Source: Patescibacteria group bacterium
GTDB lineage: Bacteria > Patescibacteriota > Dojkabacteria > GCA-002793355
NCBI GenBank assembly: GCA_016860985.1
Contig: BOKM01000001.1
Location: 591,462-655,461, forward strand
DNA: 64,000 nucleotides
Direction of reading: 5' to 3'
The notes beneath the pieces are model-generated. The model was given only the letters and a program-made list of their open reading frames with translations. It had not been told where the DNA came from and did no database searches. Below, piece after piece: positions 51,915 to 61,227 of this stretch. The position numbers and the translations under genes are program-made. Each line of letters begins with the position of its first letter. Position 1 is the stretch's first letter.

Positions 51915-52851
51915 GATAAATCTTTATATTGCTGTCGCGTTATTCATCTTTTTTGCGGGGGTACAGCTGGTTTTCTTTCCTGATTATGCGCATGCTGCAT
52001 CATCAAGTATCGGAGTTTCCCCGTCACAGATTACGAACGATATTCTTACCCCTGGGGCAGAGTATGAAACAAAATTGACGATTTCACGTGCATCAGCAAC
52101 TATTGAAGTTGTTGCAAAGATTGAAATAAGTGGACAGGAAATCTCAAACTGGGTAACTTTTCCCGCTGGAGACAGTGTTGTAATCGCTAAGGGCGAACAA
52201 CGAAAAGAGATAACGGTCAAAATCAAGGTACCGCAAGACGCAGCCTACAGAAAATACGAAGGAAGTCTCCGTTTTACGGTAACACAGCAAACACAAGGGC
52301 AAGTTAACATTGTTCCAGGTGTTCGTGTTGATGTTAAACTCACGGTCACTGATAAAATAACGGAATCCATTAAGGTTTTGTACGTACAAGCCAAAGATTC
52401 TCCGTTTCTTGCACCATATCATGTGATGGTAAAAGTCAAGAATTTAGGAAACGCCGAAGCTTCACCTACAAAGCTAAACTTGGTAATCTTAGACATTAAT
52501 GAGAAGGAGCTGAGAACTTTATCCGCCCAGTTTAATGAAAAAGTAGCGGCGTTTAGTGAAAAAGATTATGATATTTACCTGCAAGATCCAACGCCACTTT
52601 CAATAGGAGAGTACTGGGCAAGAGTTACCGTATTTGGGGGAGAGAAAGAATTGTATTCAGATAAATTCTCCTTTAGAATTACGGAATCGACTCCATCAGT
52701 CAGTGTATCACCTTCAGTAGATAAAGGTTCAATTTTTGCAAGCAATATTTTGATGATTACCTTAGTTTTTGTGGGCATACTTACACTGGTTGGATCAATC
52801 GCGATAATCGTTGTATTTAGGCGCAAAAACAAAGATGAAGAAGGTACCTAA
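51895..52851 (+). CDS. bitopic membrane-anchored protein (N-terminal signal, C-terminal TM) in the surface-protein operon
   Basis: 'MNQMNGKINLYIAVALFIFFAGVQLVFFPDYAHA' signal and C-terminal 'ILMITLVFVGILTLVGSIAIIVVFRRKNKDEE'. Overlaps both neighbours, by 20 nt upstream and 17 nt downstream. Confidence 0.5.
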   Translation: MNQMNGKINLYIAVALFIFFAGVQLVFFPDYAHAASSSIGVSPSQITNDILTPGAEYETKLTISRASATIEVVAKIEISGQEISNWVTFPAGDSVVIAKGEQRKEITVKIKVPQDAAYRKYEGSLRFTVTQQTQGQVNIVPGVRVDVKLTVTDKITESIKVLYVQAKDSPFLAPYHVMVKVKNLGNAEASPTKLNLVILDINEKELRTLSAQFNEKVAAFSEKDYDIYLQDPTPLSIGEYWARVTVFGGEKELYSDKFSFRITESTPSVSVSPSVDKGSIFASNILMITLVFVGILTLVGSIAIIVVFRRKNKDEEGT

Positions 52852-55800
52852 ATGGCTTGCTGTTAGTTATTCCGTTGCCTCGATTGTGGTTTTTCTTGTT
52901 ATTTCTACATTTATTCATTTTTATCCCTCACCTCCTAAATCAAATGCATGGACAGAAACCTGCACGTGGACTGGAGCAACCGGTGGTGCATGGGAAACAA
53001 GTACCAACTGGGATTGCAATAGTGTTAATAGAGTACCAACTGCAACTGATCGCGTAGTTATAGATTCTAATGTAACAGTAAATATCAACGCCACCACAAC
53101 TATAGATGATTTGGTAATTGGAAACTCAGGAGGTACAACTTCACCGATTTTAAACTTTAATTATGATGCAATTACAAACGGAGCACTTATTGTTGATGAT
53201 TCAAATGCAGTTATTTATTCAAATGCACAAGTAACGCATACGTTGGGCGCAACAGCCGAGACAGCAAAGGTCAATATAACGGTGACGAATGGTGACATGA
53301 CGGTTACTGGGAGTATAAATGTAAACGAAAAAGGGTTTCGTCCTGGATATGGAACAGGAAAGGGGAATAATGGAAATGGTGCAGGTGGTGGCGCATATGG
53401 AGGAGGTGGTGGAAGTGGTGCAAGTGCAACTGGGGGAATTCCGTATGGCTCAGCAGCGCAACCTGTTAATTATGGAAGTGGTGGTGGAACAGATGGGACA
53501 GGGCTAAACAAAGGGGCGGGAGGTGCCGCAAAAATAACGATTGGAGGAACACTAACCGTTAATGGTTCTATTACTGCAACGGGGGGAATATCAATTACTG
53601 GAACTTCAGATGTAGGGAGTGGCGCTGGCGGCAGTATTTGGATTACTGCAACAACTATAACAGGTGCGGGCTCAATAACTGCAAACGGAGGCAATGGTGG
53701 AACAGGTGGTCAGTTAGCGGGTGCGGGCGGTGGTGGTCGTGTTGCCCTTTACTACACAACCGACAGTATGAGTGGAACAGTTTCCGCAAAATCAGGAGGA
53801 ACCACAAGTGGTACTTCAGTAATTGGAGCTGCTGGGACTATATATCGAGAAGTAAATGGAGGAATCAAAACAATTTTTATAGACAATGTTGGGCAGAATA
53901 ACAACGATACCTATTCTAAAATTGAAACAGGACTGACGCTCGATACGCTGACGGTCGCGAGTTACGGGTATTTATGGCTTGACGTAACACTCACCACTAC
54001 GACACTTACGTTAGAAAATAACACAAGGCTAACTGTTGATGCCGCTGCAAACTGTACATACACCACCTTTAATCTTGGTACGCCAACAACGATTATGGAT
54101 AGGGGTGGCACATTTGCATTACTTAGCGATGGTGGTTCACTTACTGTTGCTGCCTCAAACACACTGATTGCAGATTATCCTCGTACTTATACGAGTGTCA
54201 CGATAAACGGAACACTTACCACAAGTCAGAACTCAAGTGCCGAAACTTATAAGCTTTCTCACACTACATCAGGTGACTACACAATTTCTTCAACTGGTGT
54301 AATCAACGTTAGCGAGAAAGGTTACACGCCAGGTTACGGCCCAGGCAAGGGGGTTAACGGAAATGGAGCAGGCGGTGCAGGGCATGGCGGAGGGGGCGGA
54401 AGAGGAACTAGTGCAGTTGGTGGGACAACATACGGCTCTACAACGCAACCAAATAATATAGGGAGTGGTGGCGGTACTGATGGTCTAGGGCTAAACAAAG
54501 GTGGAGGAGGGGCGGTTAAATTGGACGTTGGGGGTACGTTAACAATAAACGGTAGTATTACAGCAAATGGTGGAGCATCACTAACAGGAACAAGCGATGT
54601 TGGTGGCGGAAGTGGCGGAAGCATATGGCTTATTGCATCTACATTATCTGGTTCTGGAGCTCTTTCTGCAAATGGAGGAAATGGGGGGCCTTCAGGGCAA
54701 AACTCAGGTGCAGGTGGTGGTGGGAGAATTGCTATCTATTACACAACTGACACCTCGACGCTGACAGTGTCTGCAAAGAGTGGAACAACTGGTGGAGGAA
54801 CATGGGTTATTGGTGCTGCAGGTACAATCTACAAAGAGTCTACAGGTGGCACAAAGAGTGTGACTATAGATAATGGAAATTTAGAGAACAACGATAATTA
54901 CGCAACAATTCAATCTGGTTTAAACCTTACCACCTTGACCGTAACGAATAAGGGATCGTTATGGGCAGATAATTCAACTACAGCAACGACAGTTAATCTA
55001 ACTAACTCAGGAAAACTTGCAATAGCGTCAACTGGTAGTATCTCTTATACAAACCTAAACTGGTCAACATCTGGAATTTTAATAGATAGAGGAGGGACGT
55101 TCTCATTACTAAGTGGAGGAGCTGTACTTACTGTTCCGACAAGTACAGTGCTTTTTGCTGATACTGCAAGAACATACACGTCTGTTACTGTTGATGGAAC
55201 AGTGACGCATACAGCAAATGGTACAGCTGAAACGTATAAAACTAATCATACAACATCAGGTGACTACACAATATCGGCAACTGGATCGATTGACGTAACG
55301 GGAAAGGGGTTTGCAGGTGGGTACGGTACGGGCAAGGGAACCAACGGTAACGGTGCTGGTGGCGCTGGATATGGTGGAGAAGGTGGAAACGATGCATATG
55401 CAAATATCGCTGGAGGAACAACATATGGTTCGCTCACAAATCCACTCGATTCCGGGAGTGGTGGCGGAATTAACGAAGGTGCACAAAATTATGGAGGAGG
55501 AGTTGTGAAATTATCGATTGGGGGAACGTTGACAGTCGATGGCCCGATTTACTCTAACGGACAAGCAAATCAAGGCGGTGGGACTGACGATGTTGGTGGC
55601 GGGTCCGGCGGGTCCATCAACATTACGGCGTCAACACTTGCTGGAAATTCAACAGTCGCCGCTAATGGTACGAATGCGTATAGGTATGGAGGAGCAGGCG
55701 GTGGGGGAAGAATTGCAGTGTACTATACAAACAACACTTCTTCGATTTCCTATCAGGCATACGGAGGAACTCAGGGTGGTTCGGGGGGGAACATCGGCGC

Positions 55801-57604
55801 AGCAGGAACAATTTACCAAAAACCAGATTCTAGCAACGGAACTGTTATTGTGAACAATGGAAATCGCAATGCCGGGGCAAAAAAAACAGCGAGCTTACCA
55901 GCTAGCCTTTCCATAGCAACGCTTGATATTCTAAATTACGGGAGGTTGCACTTTACGACATCGATTACGGCAACAACAATTAATCTCTCTGCAAACGCTA
56001 CATTAGTGAATGAGGCAACGGGGACAACCGCAAATACGGAATTTAACTGGACCGGGCCTTCAATTTTATATGACAGAGGTGGTACTTTTGGGACTTTAAG
56101 TGGTGGTGGTGCGTTAAATGTTCCCACAAATACAACGCTTTATGCTGACGTGGCAAGAAGTTACAGTTCAGTAACAGTCGATGGTACTATCACTCACTCA
56201 AGCAATACGACTGCTGAGACTTATAAAATTGCGTATACCGTTACAAACAACGTGACAGTAGCCGCAGGAGGTAAAATTGATGTATCAAGCCGCGGGTATG
56301 CTTCTTCAGAAGGTACAGGGCAAGGAGTTGATCATGCTTCGGGTTCAGGTGGTGGAGGTTATGGAGGGAACGGAGGCGCAGGGCTTTCAGGTGCAGGTGG
56401 TTCATCCTATGGTTCTGCTACAGCACCTGCAAATATTGGTTCTGGAGGTGGAGCAGATGGTGCAGGAAATGGAGGGCTCGGTGGTGGAAATGTCACAATC
56501 AATGCAGGAGGAACAGTAACCATTACGGGCAGTATTCTTGCTGATGGTGGGAGTTACGTTGCAAACGACTCAGGAGGTGGAGCAGGTGGTACGATTAGTA
56601 TTAACGCCGGTACCTTTACTGGAGCTGGAACTGTGTATGCACGTGGAGGAGCTGGAAGACCCGGTACTGGAGGTGGTGGTAGCGGCGGAAGAATTGCCAT
56701 TTTTTACGCTGGTTGGGGCTGGACTGGCAATACAATGACTGATGCAGTAGCCACAAGCGGCGGAAGTGGTTATGCTACTGGTTCGGTTGGAACTGTTTAC
56801 CTAGAATCATCAAATAACTTACCTTCAGTTTCCGGTGTTGCCATAAATTCAGGGGCTGCTGCAATTGACTTAACCGCTGGGAGTTCCTTAAATGTGAGTT
56901 GTACGGGAACAGTATCAGACCTTGATGGATATTTGGATATTACCTCAGTAACGGCGGTGCTTTATCGATCAGGAGTTGGGGCTGGTGCAGCAGATAACGA
57001 CAACAATCACTATTCAAGTACCTGTTCGGGAGGAGCCGGAAGCGGGACAACGCAACCATTTACCTGTACGTTCCCCGTGTGGTTTATTGCAGATCCTACG
57101 GACGTTGGTTCAAATAATGCAGCGGACGACTGGACCTGTAAAATAACTCCATATGATGGCGATGGCACTGGAAGCGATGGAACCGATACCATTGAAATGA
57201 ACTCACTATCTGCAATATCTGTTACTCCAAGTAGTATTGATTTTAATGGAGCACTCTCCGCAGGGGGAAACTCAGGGAGTAATAACGATACGACTGAATT
57301 TTATAATATTGGCAATGTGGCCATAGACGTTGAGGTTTCTGGATCAAACTTGTGTACAGATTATCCAACTTGCGCAACTAATGTAATTAGTACGGGGAAT
57401 ATTGAGTATAAGGATACGGCGTTCACATATGGAGCAGGGATCGACCTCACAAACTCTCCTGTATTTAATGGGTACAACATTGCTAAATCGACGGTTCGAC
57501 CTTCAAACCAGTCAAGAACAACCTATTGGGGAATTGGGATACCATTATCTGTTACCTCTGGAACATATACTGGGGTTGCGACTTTTACGGCGTTACAGCA
57601 CTAA
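52835..57604 (+). CDS. giant glycine-rich repeat protein (1590 aa), predicted beta-helical surface fibre
   Basis: ATG 52835 with signal anchor 'MKKVPKWLAVSYSVASIVVFLVISTFIHF'. Four copies of an approximately 330-aa unit beginning 'TAETYK' with 'EKGFxPGYGTGKGxNGNGAGG.GYGG.GG', 'GSGGGTDG.GLNKG.GGA.K' and 'GGSGGSIW.TA.T..G.G...ANGGNGG' up to 'GAGGGGR.A.YYT'. C-terminal domain shared with the 50262-51914 product. Confidence 0.7.
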   Translation: MKKVPKWLAVSYSVASIVVFLVISTFIHFYPSPPKSNAWTETCTWTGATGGAWETSTNWDCNSVNRVPTATDRVVIDSNVTVNINATTTIDDLVIGNSGGTTSPILNFNYDAITNGALIVDDSNAVIYSNAQVTHTLGATAETAKVNITVTNGDMTVTGSINVNEKGFRPGYGTGKGNNGNGAGGGAYGGGGGSGASATGGIPYGSAAQPVNYGSGGGTDGTGLNKGAGGAAKITIGGTLTVNGSITATGGISITGTSDVGSGAGGSIWITATTITGAGSITANGGNGGTGGQLAGAGGGGRVALYYTTDSMSGTVSAKSGGTTSGTSVIGAAGTIYREVNGGIKTIFIDNVGQNNNDTYSKIETGLTLDTLTVASYGYLWLDVTLTTTTLTLENNTRLTVDAAANCTYTTFNLGTPTTIMDRGGTFALLSDGGSLTVAASNTLIADYPRTYTSVTINGTLTTSQNSSAETYKLSHTTSGDYTISSTGVINVSEKGYTPGYGPGKGVNGNGAGGAGHGGGGGRGTSAVGGTTYGSTTQPNNIGSGGGTDGLGLNKGGGGAVKLDVGGTLTINGSITANGGASLTGTSDVGGGSGGSIWLIASTLSGSGALSANGGNGGPSGQNSGAGGGGRIAIYYTTDTSTLTVSAKSGTTGGGTWVIGAAGTIYKESTGGTKSVTIDNGNLENNDNYATIQSGLNLTTLTVTNKGSLWADNSTTATTVNLTNSGKLAIASTGSISYTNLNWSTSGILIDRGGTFSLLSGGAVLTVPTSTVLFADTARTYTSVTVDGTVTHTANGTAETYKTNHTTSGDYTISATGSIDVTGKGFAGGYGTGKGTNGNGAGGAGYGGEGGNDAYANIAGGTTYGSLTNPLDSGSGGGINEGAQNYGGGVVKLSIGGTLTVDGPIYSNGQANQGGGTDDVGGGSGGSINITASTLAGNSTVAANGTNAYRYGGAGGGGRIAVYYTNNTSSISYQAYGGTQGGSGGNIGAAGTIYQKPDSSNGTVIVNNGNRNAGAKKTASLPASLSIATLDILNYGRLHFTTSITATTINLSANATLVNEATGTTANTEFNWTGPSILYDRGGTFGTLSGGGALNVPTNTTLYADVARSYSSVTVDGTITHSSNTTAETYKIAYTVTNNVTVAAGGKIDVSSRGYASSEGTGQGVDHASGSGGGGYGGNGGAGLSGAGGSSYGSATAPANIGSGGGADGAGNGGLGGGNVTINAGGTVTITGSILADGGSYVANDSGGGAGGTISINAGTFTGAGTVYARGGAGRPGTGGGGSGGRIAIFYAGWGWTGNTMTDAVATSGGSGYATGSVGTVYLESSNNLPSVSGVAINSGAAAIDLTAGSSLNVSCTGTVSDLDGYLDITSVTAVLYRSGVGAGAADNDNNHYSSTCSGGAGSGTTQPFTCTFPVWFIADPTDVGSNNAADDWTCKITPYDGDGTGSDGTDTIEMNSLSAISVTPSSIDFNGALSAGGNSGSNNDTTEFYNIGNVAIDVEVSGSNLCTDYPTCATNVISTGNIEYKDTAFTYGAGIDLTNSPVFNGYNIAKSTVRPSNQSRTTYWGIGIPLSVTSGTYTGVATFTALQH

Positions 57605-59511
57605 AGTTTTTCTCCTCCGATTCTCCAGTAGCAAATGCCTTTAATGCCGTAGTTTTGGGCAAGCTTGAGCCTATTATCTATTGCCTGCTTGTTAAGATAA
57701 TACATTACCCGTTCAACTCCGTTATACTTAAACTCTGCTCGCACTTCTTTTATCGTGCTGTCATAGGTTTCTCGATAATACGTGCTGTGGTTCTTTATGT
57801 ATGCAATATTGTCATGTTGCGGAGATATGGTGTTTTTTTGTTCGCCCGAAGAAAGTGACTGGTCGTTATTAGTTCCAGCTAGGTTTTTACTCTTTGGCTT
57901 CGGCCATCCATGTGCATACAAAGGGAGTGCAAGTACCACTTTTTCTGCGGGCATTTGGCTTAATGCGTAGCGTATCAATGTTTCGTTCCATCCGTAGGGA
58001 GAGAGAGGTCCAGGCTGTTTACTACCTTGCCCAGTAAAATCATAGGCCATGATTCTGAACTCATCTACGATTGCGCCGATTGCTTTCCAGTCCTGAGCCT
58101 CATGTGTTTGTGGGAGAAATGAGTAAATTTTTCGGTCATCAATTTTTGGGAGTGCGGTGAATACAAGCTTTTTGTTGTTTTTGTGAAGTTCATCGGCAAG
58201 TTTTGACAGAAATTGGAGGAGCTCGTCTTTATCGGAAGCATAGGTACTTTCATAGTCAAGGTCAATTCCATCGTAGCCGTTTTTGGTCACAACACTCACT
58301 ATTTCCTTGATATGCGCGTCCATGTGTTTGTTTAGTATACTGCTGAGAATGTCAGCGTCGAAGAGTGAAATTGTGGGAATTAACGTTATGTTGTTGCGCT
58401 GTACAAGATCAAGCAACACTCTGTTGTTAAGCGTCGGCTCAACATTTAAAGAACCGTTGGCTTTTGGTGTAAACCAAACAGGAGAGAGTGTACGGTACTT
58501 CTTTGGATTAGCTCTTATTGAGGTGAGTGCTGGTGTCATTCCCCAATCGGGAATCCATGACATTTCTTCCGGAATATTCGGGGAACCGTTATACGAGACA
58601 GCGTTTTCAGTGGGTAAGTCGGAGTTAAACTGGACTCTAGATTCAAAGAAGGTACTAAATATAGTGCTACCGATCTTTGGCCAAATCCTAAGTATCAATG
58701 TCAGTTGCTGTGAAGCTAAGGGAACTGTAGGTTGAAAATAGTCGCCTTTTTGGGATGTTGCAAGTTTTCCAGTGGCGAAAATTCTTGCTCCTTTCTCGTC
58801 AAGTACCTCTATGCTGTAGGCAGCTTGTGACAACAATGAGTTATCTAGTAGTGTTGAAGAACTCCAATCAAAAACAAATGTTCCGTAGGGATTTGAAACG
58901 GAGGGTAATGCTACTCCATAATAAGCCAAGAACGGGTTGAGAGCATTGTAGTAATAATCGCCGTGAGTAGTCGCTATAAGATAATCACTCTGGCATTTTT
59001 GATTTTTGATATCACAGCTAGTCTTGAAGATTTCTCGAGATTTTATGTCTCCGTTACATGTATATAATAATCCATCTGGGGTGTGTATTGATAATTCGCT
59101 GGCAGACTCAGAGTTTACTGCTTGCTCGAATATTTCACATAAATTGTCTGTGAGCTTGTCTTGGCGCGAGGTGACTTCTAGGGCAGGATACTTTTTTTGT
59201 ATGGAGAGTAAATAGTCTTCCGAAGGGGAGTCTAATAGCAGTGTGGTTATTCCTGTTGATAGCAATATCACTTCCTCAGTATTATTCGGCCAGTAGTTGT
59301 TGGGTAGGATAATTGCCTTTTTGATACTATCCTTGTTTTGCGCATTAGGAGTAGGAGTAACTATCCCGTTTTGTGATACAGGAATACTCCCTATTTGTTC
59401 GATTTGTTTTAGTTTGCCGTGCCAAAGTTTTAAATCTCCATAAACTCCGAGTGATAGCACGATCGCAAACAATAGCAGAATGCTGAAAATCTGAGCTCTT
59501 TGAGTGTTCAT
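57601..59511 (-). CDS. glycoside hydrolase family 18 (chitinase-like) secreted/anchored enzyme
   Basis: N-terminal signal anchor 'MNTQRAQIFSILLLFAIVLSLGVYG'. GH18 catalytic motif 'YDGIDLDYE' (DxxDxDxE) with surrounding TIM-barrel pattern. Confidence 0.75.
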   Translation of the reverse strand: MNTQRAQIFSILLLFAIVLSLGVYGDLKLWHGKLKQIEQIGSIPVSQNGIVTPTPNAQNKDSIKKAIILPNNYWPNNTEEVILLSTGITTLLLDSPSEDYLLSIQKKYPALEVTSRQDKLTDNLCEIFEQAVNSESASELSIHTPDGLLYTCNGDIKSREIFKTSCDIKNQKCQSDYLIATTHGDYYYNALNPFLAYYGVALPSVSNPYGTFVFDWSSSTLLDNSLLSQAAYSIEVLDEKGARIFATGKLATSQKGDYFQPTVPLASQQLTLILRIWPKIGSTIFSTFFESRVQFNSDLPTENAVSYNGSPNIPEEMSWIPDWGMTPALTSIRANPKKYRTLSPVWFTPKANGSLNVEPTLNNRVLLDLVQRNNITLIPTISLFDADILSSILNKHMDAHIKEIVSVVTKNGYDGIDLDYESTYASDKDELLQFLSKLADELHKNNKKLVFTALPKIDDRKIYSFLPQTHEAQDWKAIGAIVDEFRIMAYDFTGQGSKQPGPLSPYGWNETLIRYALSQMPAEKVVLALPLYAHGWPKPKSKNLAGTNNDQSLSSGEQKNTISPQHDNIAYIKNHSTYYRETYDSTIKEVRAEFKYNGVERVMYYLNKQAIDNRLKLAQNYGIKGICYWRIGGEKL

Positions 59512-59543
59512 ATCGTATTATAACTGATTCCTCTTTTATGGTA

Positions 59544-59572
59544 TTGCCAACACGTTTTTGGCGTGTTATAAT
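59544..59572 (+). promoter_or_regulatory. sigma70-like promoter for the unlinked 5S rRNA (TTGCCA-17-TATAAT)
   Basis: -35 TTGCCA 59544-59549, -10 TATAAT 59567-59572, 5 nt before the 5S 5' end. Confidence 0.5.
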
Positions 59573-59577
59573 TCTTT

Positions 59578-59693
59578 GCTTGGTGACTAGAGCGGAGTGG
59601 CACCACCCGATCCCTTTCCGAACTCGGAAGTGAAACACTCCAGCGCCGAAGATACTTGGATATTTCTCCTGGGAAAATAGGTCGTTGCCAAGC
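59578..59693 (+). rRNA. rrf: 5S rRNA, unlinked from the 16S-23S operon
   Basis: 'GCTTGGTGACTAGAGCGGAGTGGCACCACCCGATCCCTTTCCGAACTCGGAAGTGAAACACTCCAGCGCCGAAGATACTTGGATATTTCTCCTGGGAAAATAGGTCGTTGCCAAGC'. The conserved 'CCGAACTCGGAAGTGAAAC' loop C/helix III is present, helix I pairs the termini, and a T9 run follows. Confidence 0.8.
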
Positions 59694-59784
59694 TTTTTTT
59701 TGGCCTACAAGATTTGCCGCAATGTAATGCAATCACTAAGCTTTAAAGCGGTCGCGTCTTGATGCTTTCTATACTGTTTGCCCG

Positions 59785-60969
59785 TTATGCCTGTGAAAGG
59801 ATTTCCTCTGCTTTTTCTGGTGTTTTTGCCATTCTATCGAAAAGGAGAAGTGCCTTTGCTGGATCTTTTATCTTCTTAAGGACCTTTTCAAATGGGATAT
59901 CGTGTATTTTTACCGAAAGTGTTTTAATGTGGTCAAATTCTCCGAGCTCATCGGCAAGAAAGTTGATACTCTGTGAGAGTCTAAGTAGTTTTGCTGCCGT
60001 TGGTTCAGCATCTGCATTGCTGTATGCATATTTATTTTTTAGCACGGTAACGAGCTTTTTTGAGAGTTTCTTGTCATGTAAATACTTAACGAGTAGTTGC
60101 TGTACAGTGGAGATGATGTTTTGAGCAATCATGTAGACGGAAACGATACTTGGAAGGGGAGTCATGCTAAGTGTGAGCATTACAGGCATCACGTATAGCG
60201 TTGAGGTATTTAGTGAAGAAGAAAACGCTTCTTGCATTGTTTCTGCGTCGGTTTTGGCTTCGTTTTTCTTTACTTTTGGCACTTGAGTATTCATAAGCTT
60301 CATGGATACAAGAGTTGGGAGCATGTTAGAAAGCCCAAGAATAAGGAGAAGTATTAGATATGGAATTGCGGGCGATGCGAATAATCCATTTGAAAATATG
60401 CTTCCAGGAGAGAGTAGCAGTTGTATACCAAATAAATCGGTTGCGAATGACGACTGTCCAGTTCCTTTTAATATCTGCTCAATAAATGGATATAAACCGG
60501 GCATATTTTGCGGGGTAACTCCACTTTTCGTAAAGGCAAGTACAGATTGGTATAAAGCAATAAGTACTGGAATTTGAATCAAAAAGTTAGTGAAGCAACC
60601 AAGTGGGTTGTAGTTAATTTCTTTGTACACTGCCTGTTGTGCTTGAGCCATACCTGTTGGATCGTTTTTGTACTTTTCTTTTAGCTCATCAAGACGTGGC
60701 TGAATTGATCGAATTTTTTTAGTGTCTCTATATTGTTTGGCAACCATTGGCCATAGGACTATACGAATAACAATGATGAGTATAAAGGTACTTAATCCAA
60801 GGCTCCCTGTTATCACATAAAGATAGGTAAGAAGGTTATGAATCGGTCCATAAATAAGAAAATTCCAAATGTTTCCAAGCATAGGTGTTATTTTAGGAGG
60901 TTTATGCTTTTTTAGCAAGCAGTGGCTTGACACAAAATAGAGGTGTGCTACTATGACCCTATTCGGCAC
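59785..60969 (-). CDS. yidC: membrane protein insertase YidC (Oxa1 family) with C-terminal extension
   Basis: 'IVIRIVLWPMVAKQYRDTKKIRSIQPRLDELKEKYKNDPTGMAQAQQAVYKEINYNPLGCFTNFLIQIPVLIALYQSV' is the YidC core (TM2/TM3). Gene order is rnpA-yidD-yidC. Confidence 0.8.
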   Translation of the reverse strand: MPNRVIVAHLYFVSSHCLLKKHKPPKITPMLGNIWNFLIYGPIHNLLTYLYVITGSLGLSTFILIIVIRIVLWPMVAKQYRDTKKIRSIQPRLDELKEKYKNDPTGMAQAQQAVYKEINYNPLGCFTNFLIQIPVLIALYQSVLAFTKSGVTPQNMPGLYPFIEQILKGTGQSSFATDLFGIQLLLSPGSIFSNGLFASPAIPYLILLLILGLSNMLPTLVSMKLMNTQVPKVKKNEAKTDAETMQEAFSSSLNTSTLYVMPVMLTLSMTPLPSIVSVYMIAQNIISTVQQLLVKYLHDKKLSKKLVTVLKNKYAYSNADAEPTAAKLLRLSQSINFLADELGEFDHIKTLSVKIHDIPFEKVLKKIKDPAKALLLFDRMAKTPEKAEEILSQA

Positions 60970-61002
60970 TGCCCCGCTGAATATTTTTTCCCATTCAGTG
61001 AG

Positions 61003-61227
61003 TTACGGAACAGAATCAACTGTTCCGGCTTTTGTCATTATCGGATTGCAGCGAATTACTCTCCAAATTGTTAAAAAGATTCCCCAATAACTATGCTTTT
61101 TTATAGCTTCTGCACCGTATTCAGAGCAAGTAGGAATAAAACGGCATGTAGCTCTGTGGTTAACGCCGTGGTCGGGGGATAGAGTCTTTTGGTATATGGT
61201 AATGAGTTTAAGAAGAATTTTTGTCAT
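61003..61227 (-). CDS. yidD: membrane protein insertion efficiency factor YidD
   Basis: 'LITIYQKTLSPDHGVNHRATCRFIPTCSEYGAEAIKKHSYWGIFLTIWRVIRCNP' with conserved Cys pattern; 74 aa. Confidence 0.8.
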   Translation of the reverse strand: MTKILLKLITIYQKTLSPDHGVNHRATCRFIPTCSEYGAEAIKKHSYWGIFLTIWRVIRCNPIMTKAGTVDSVP

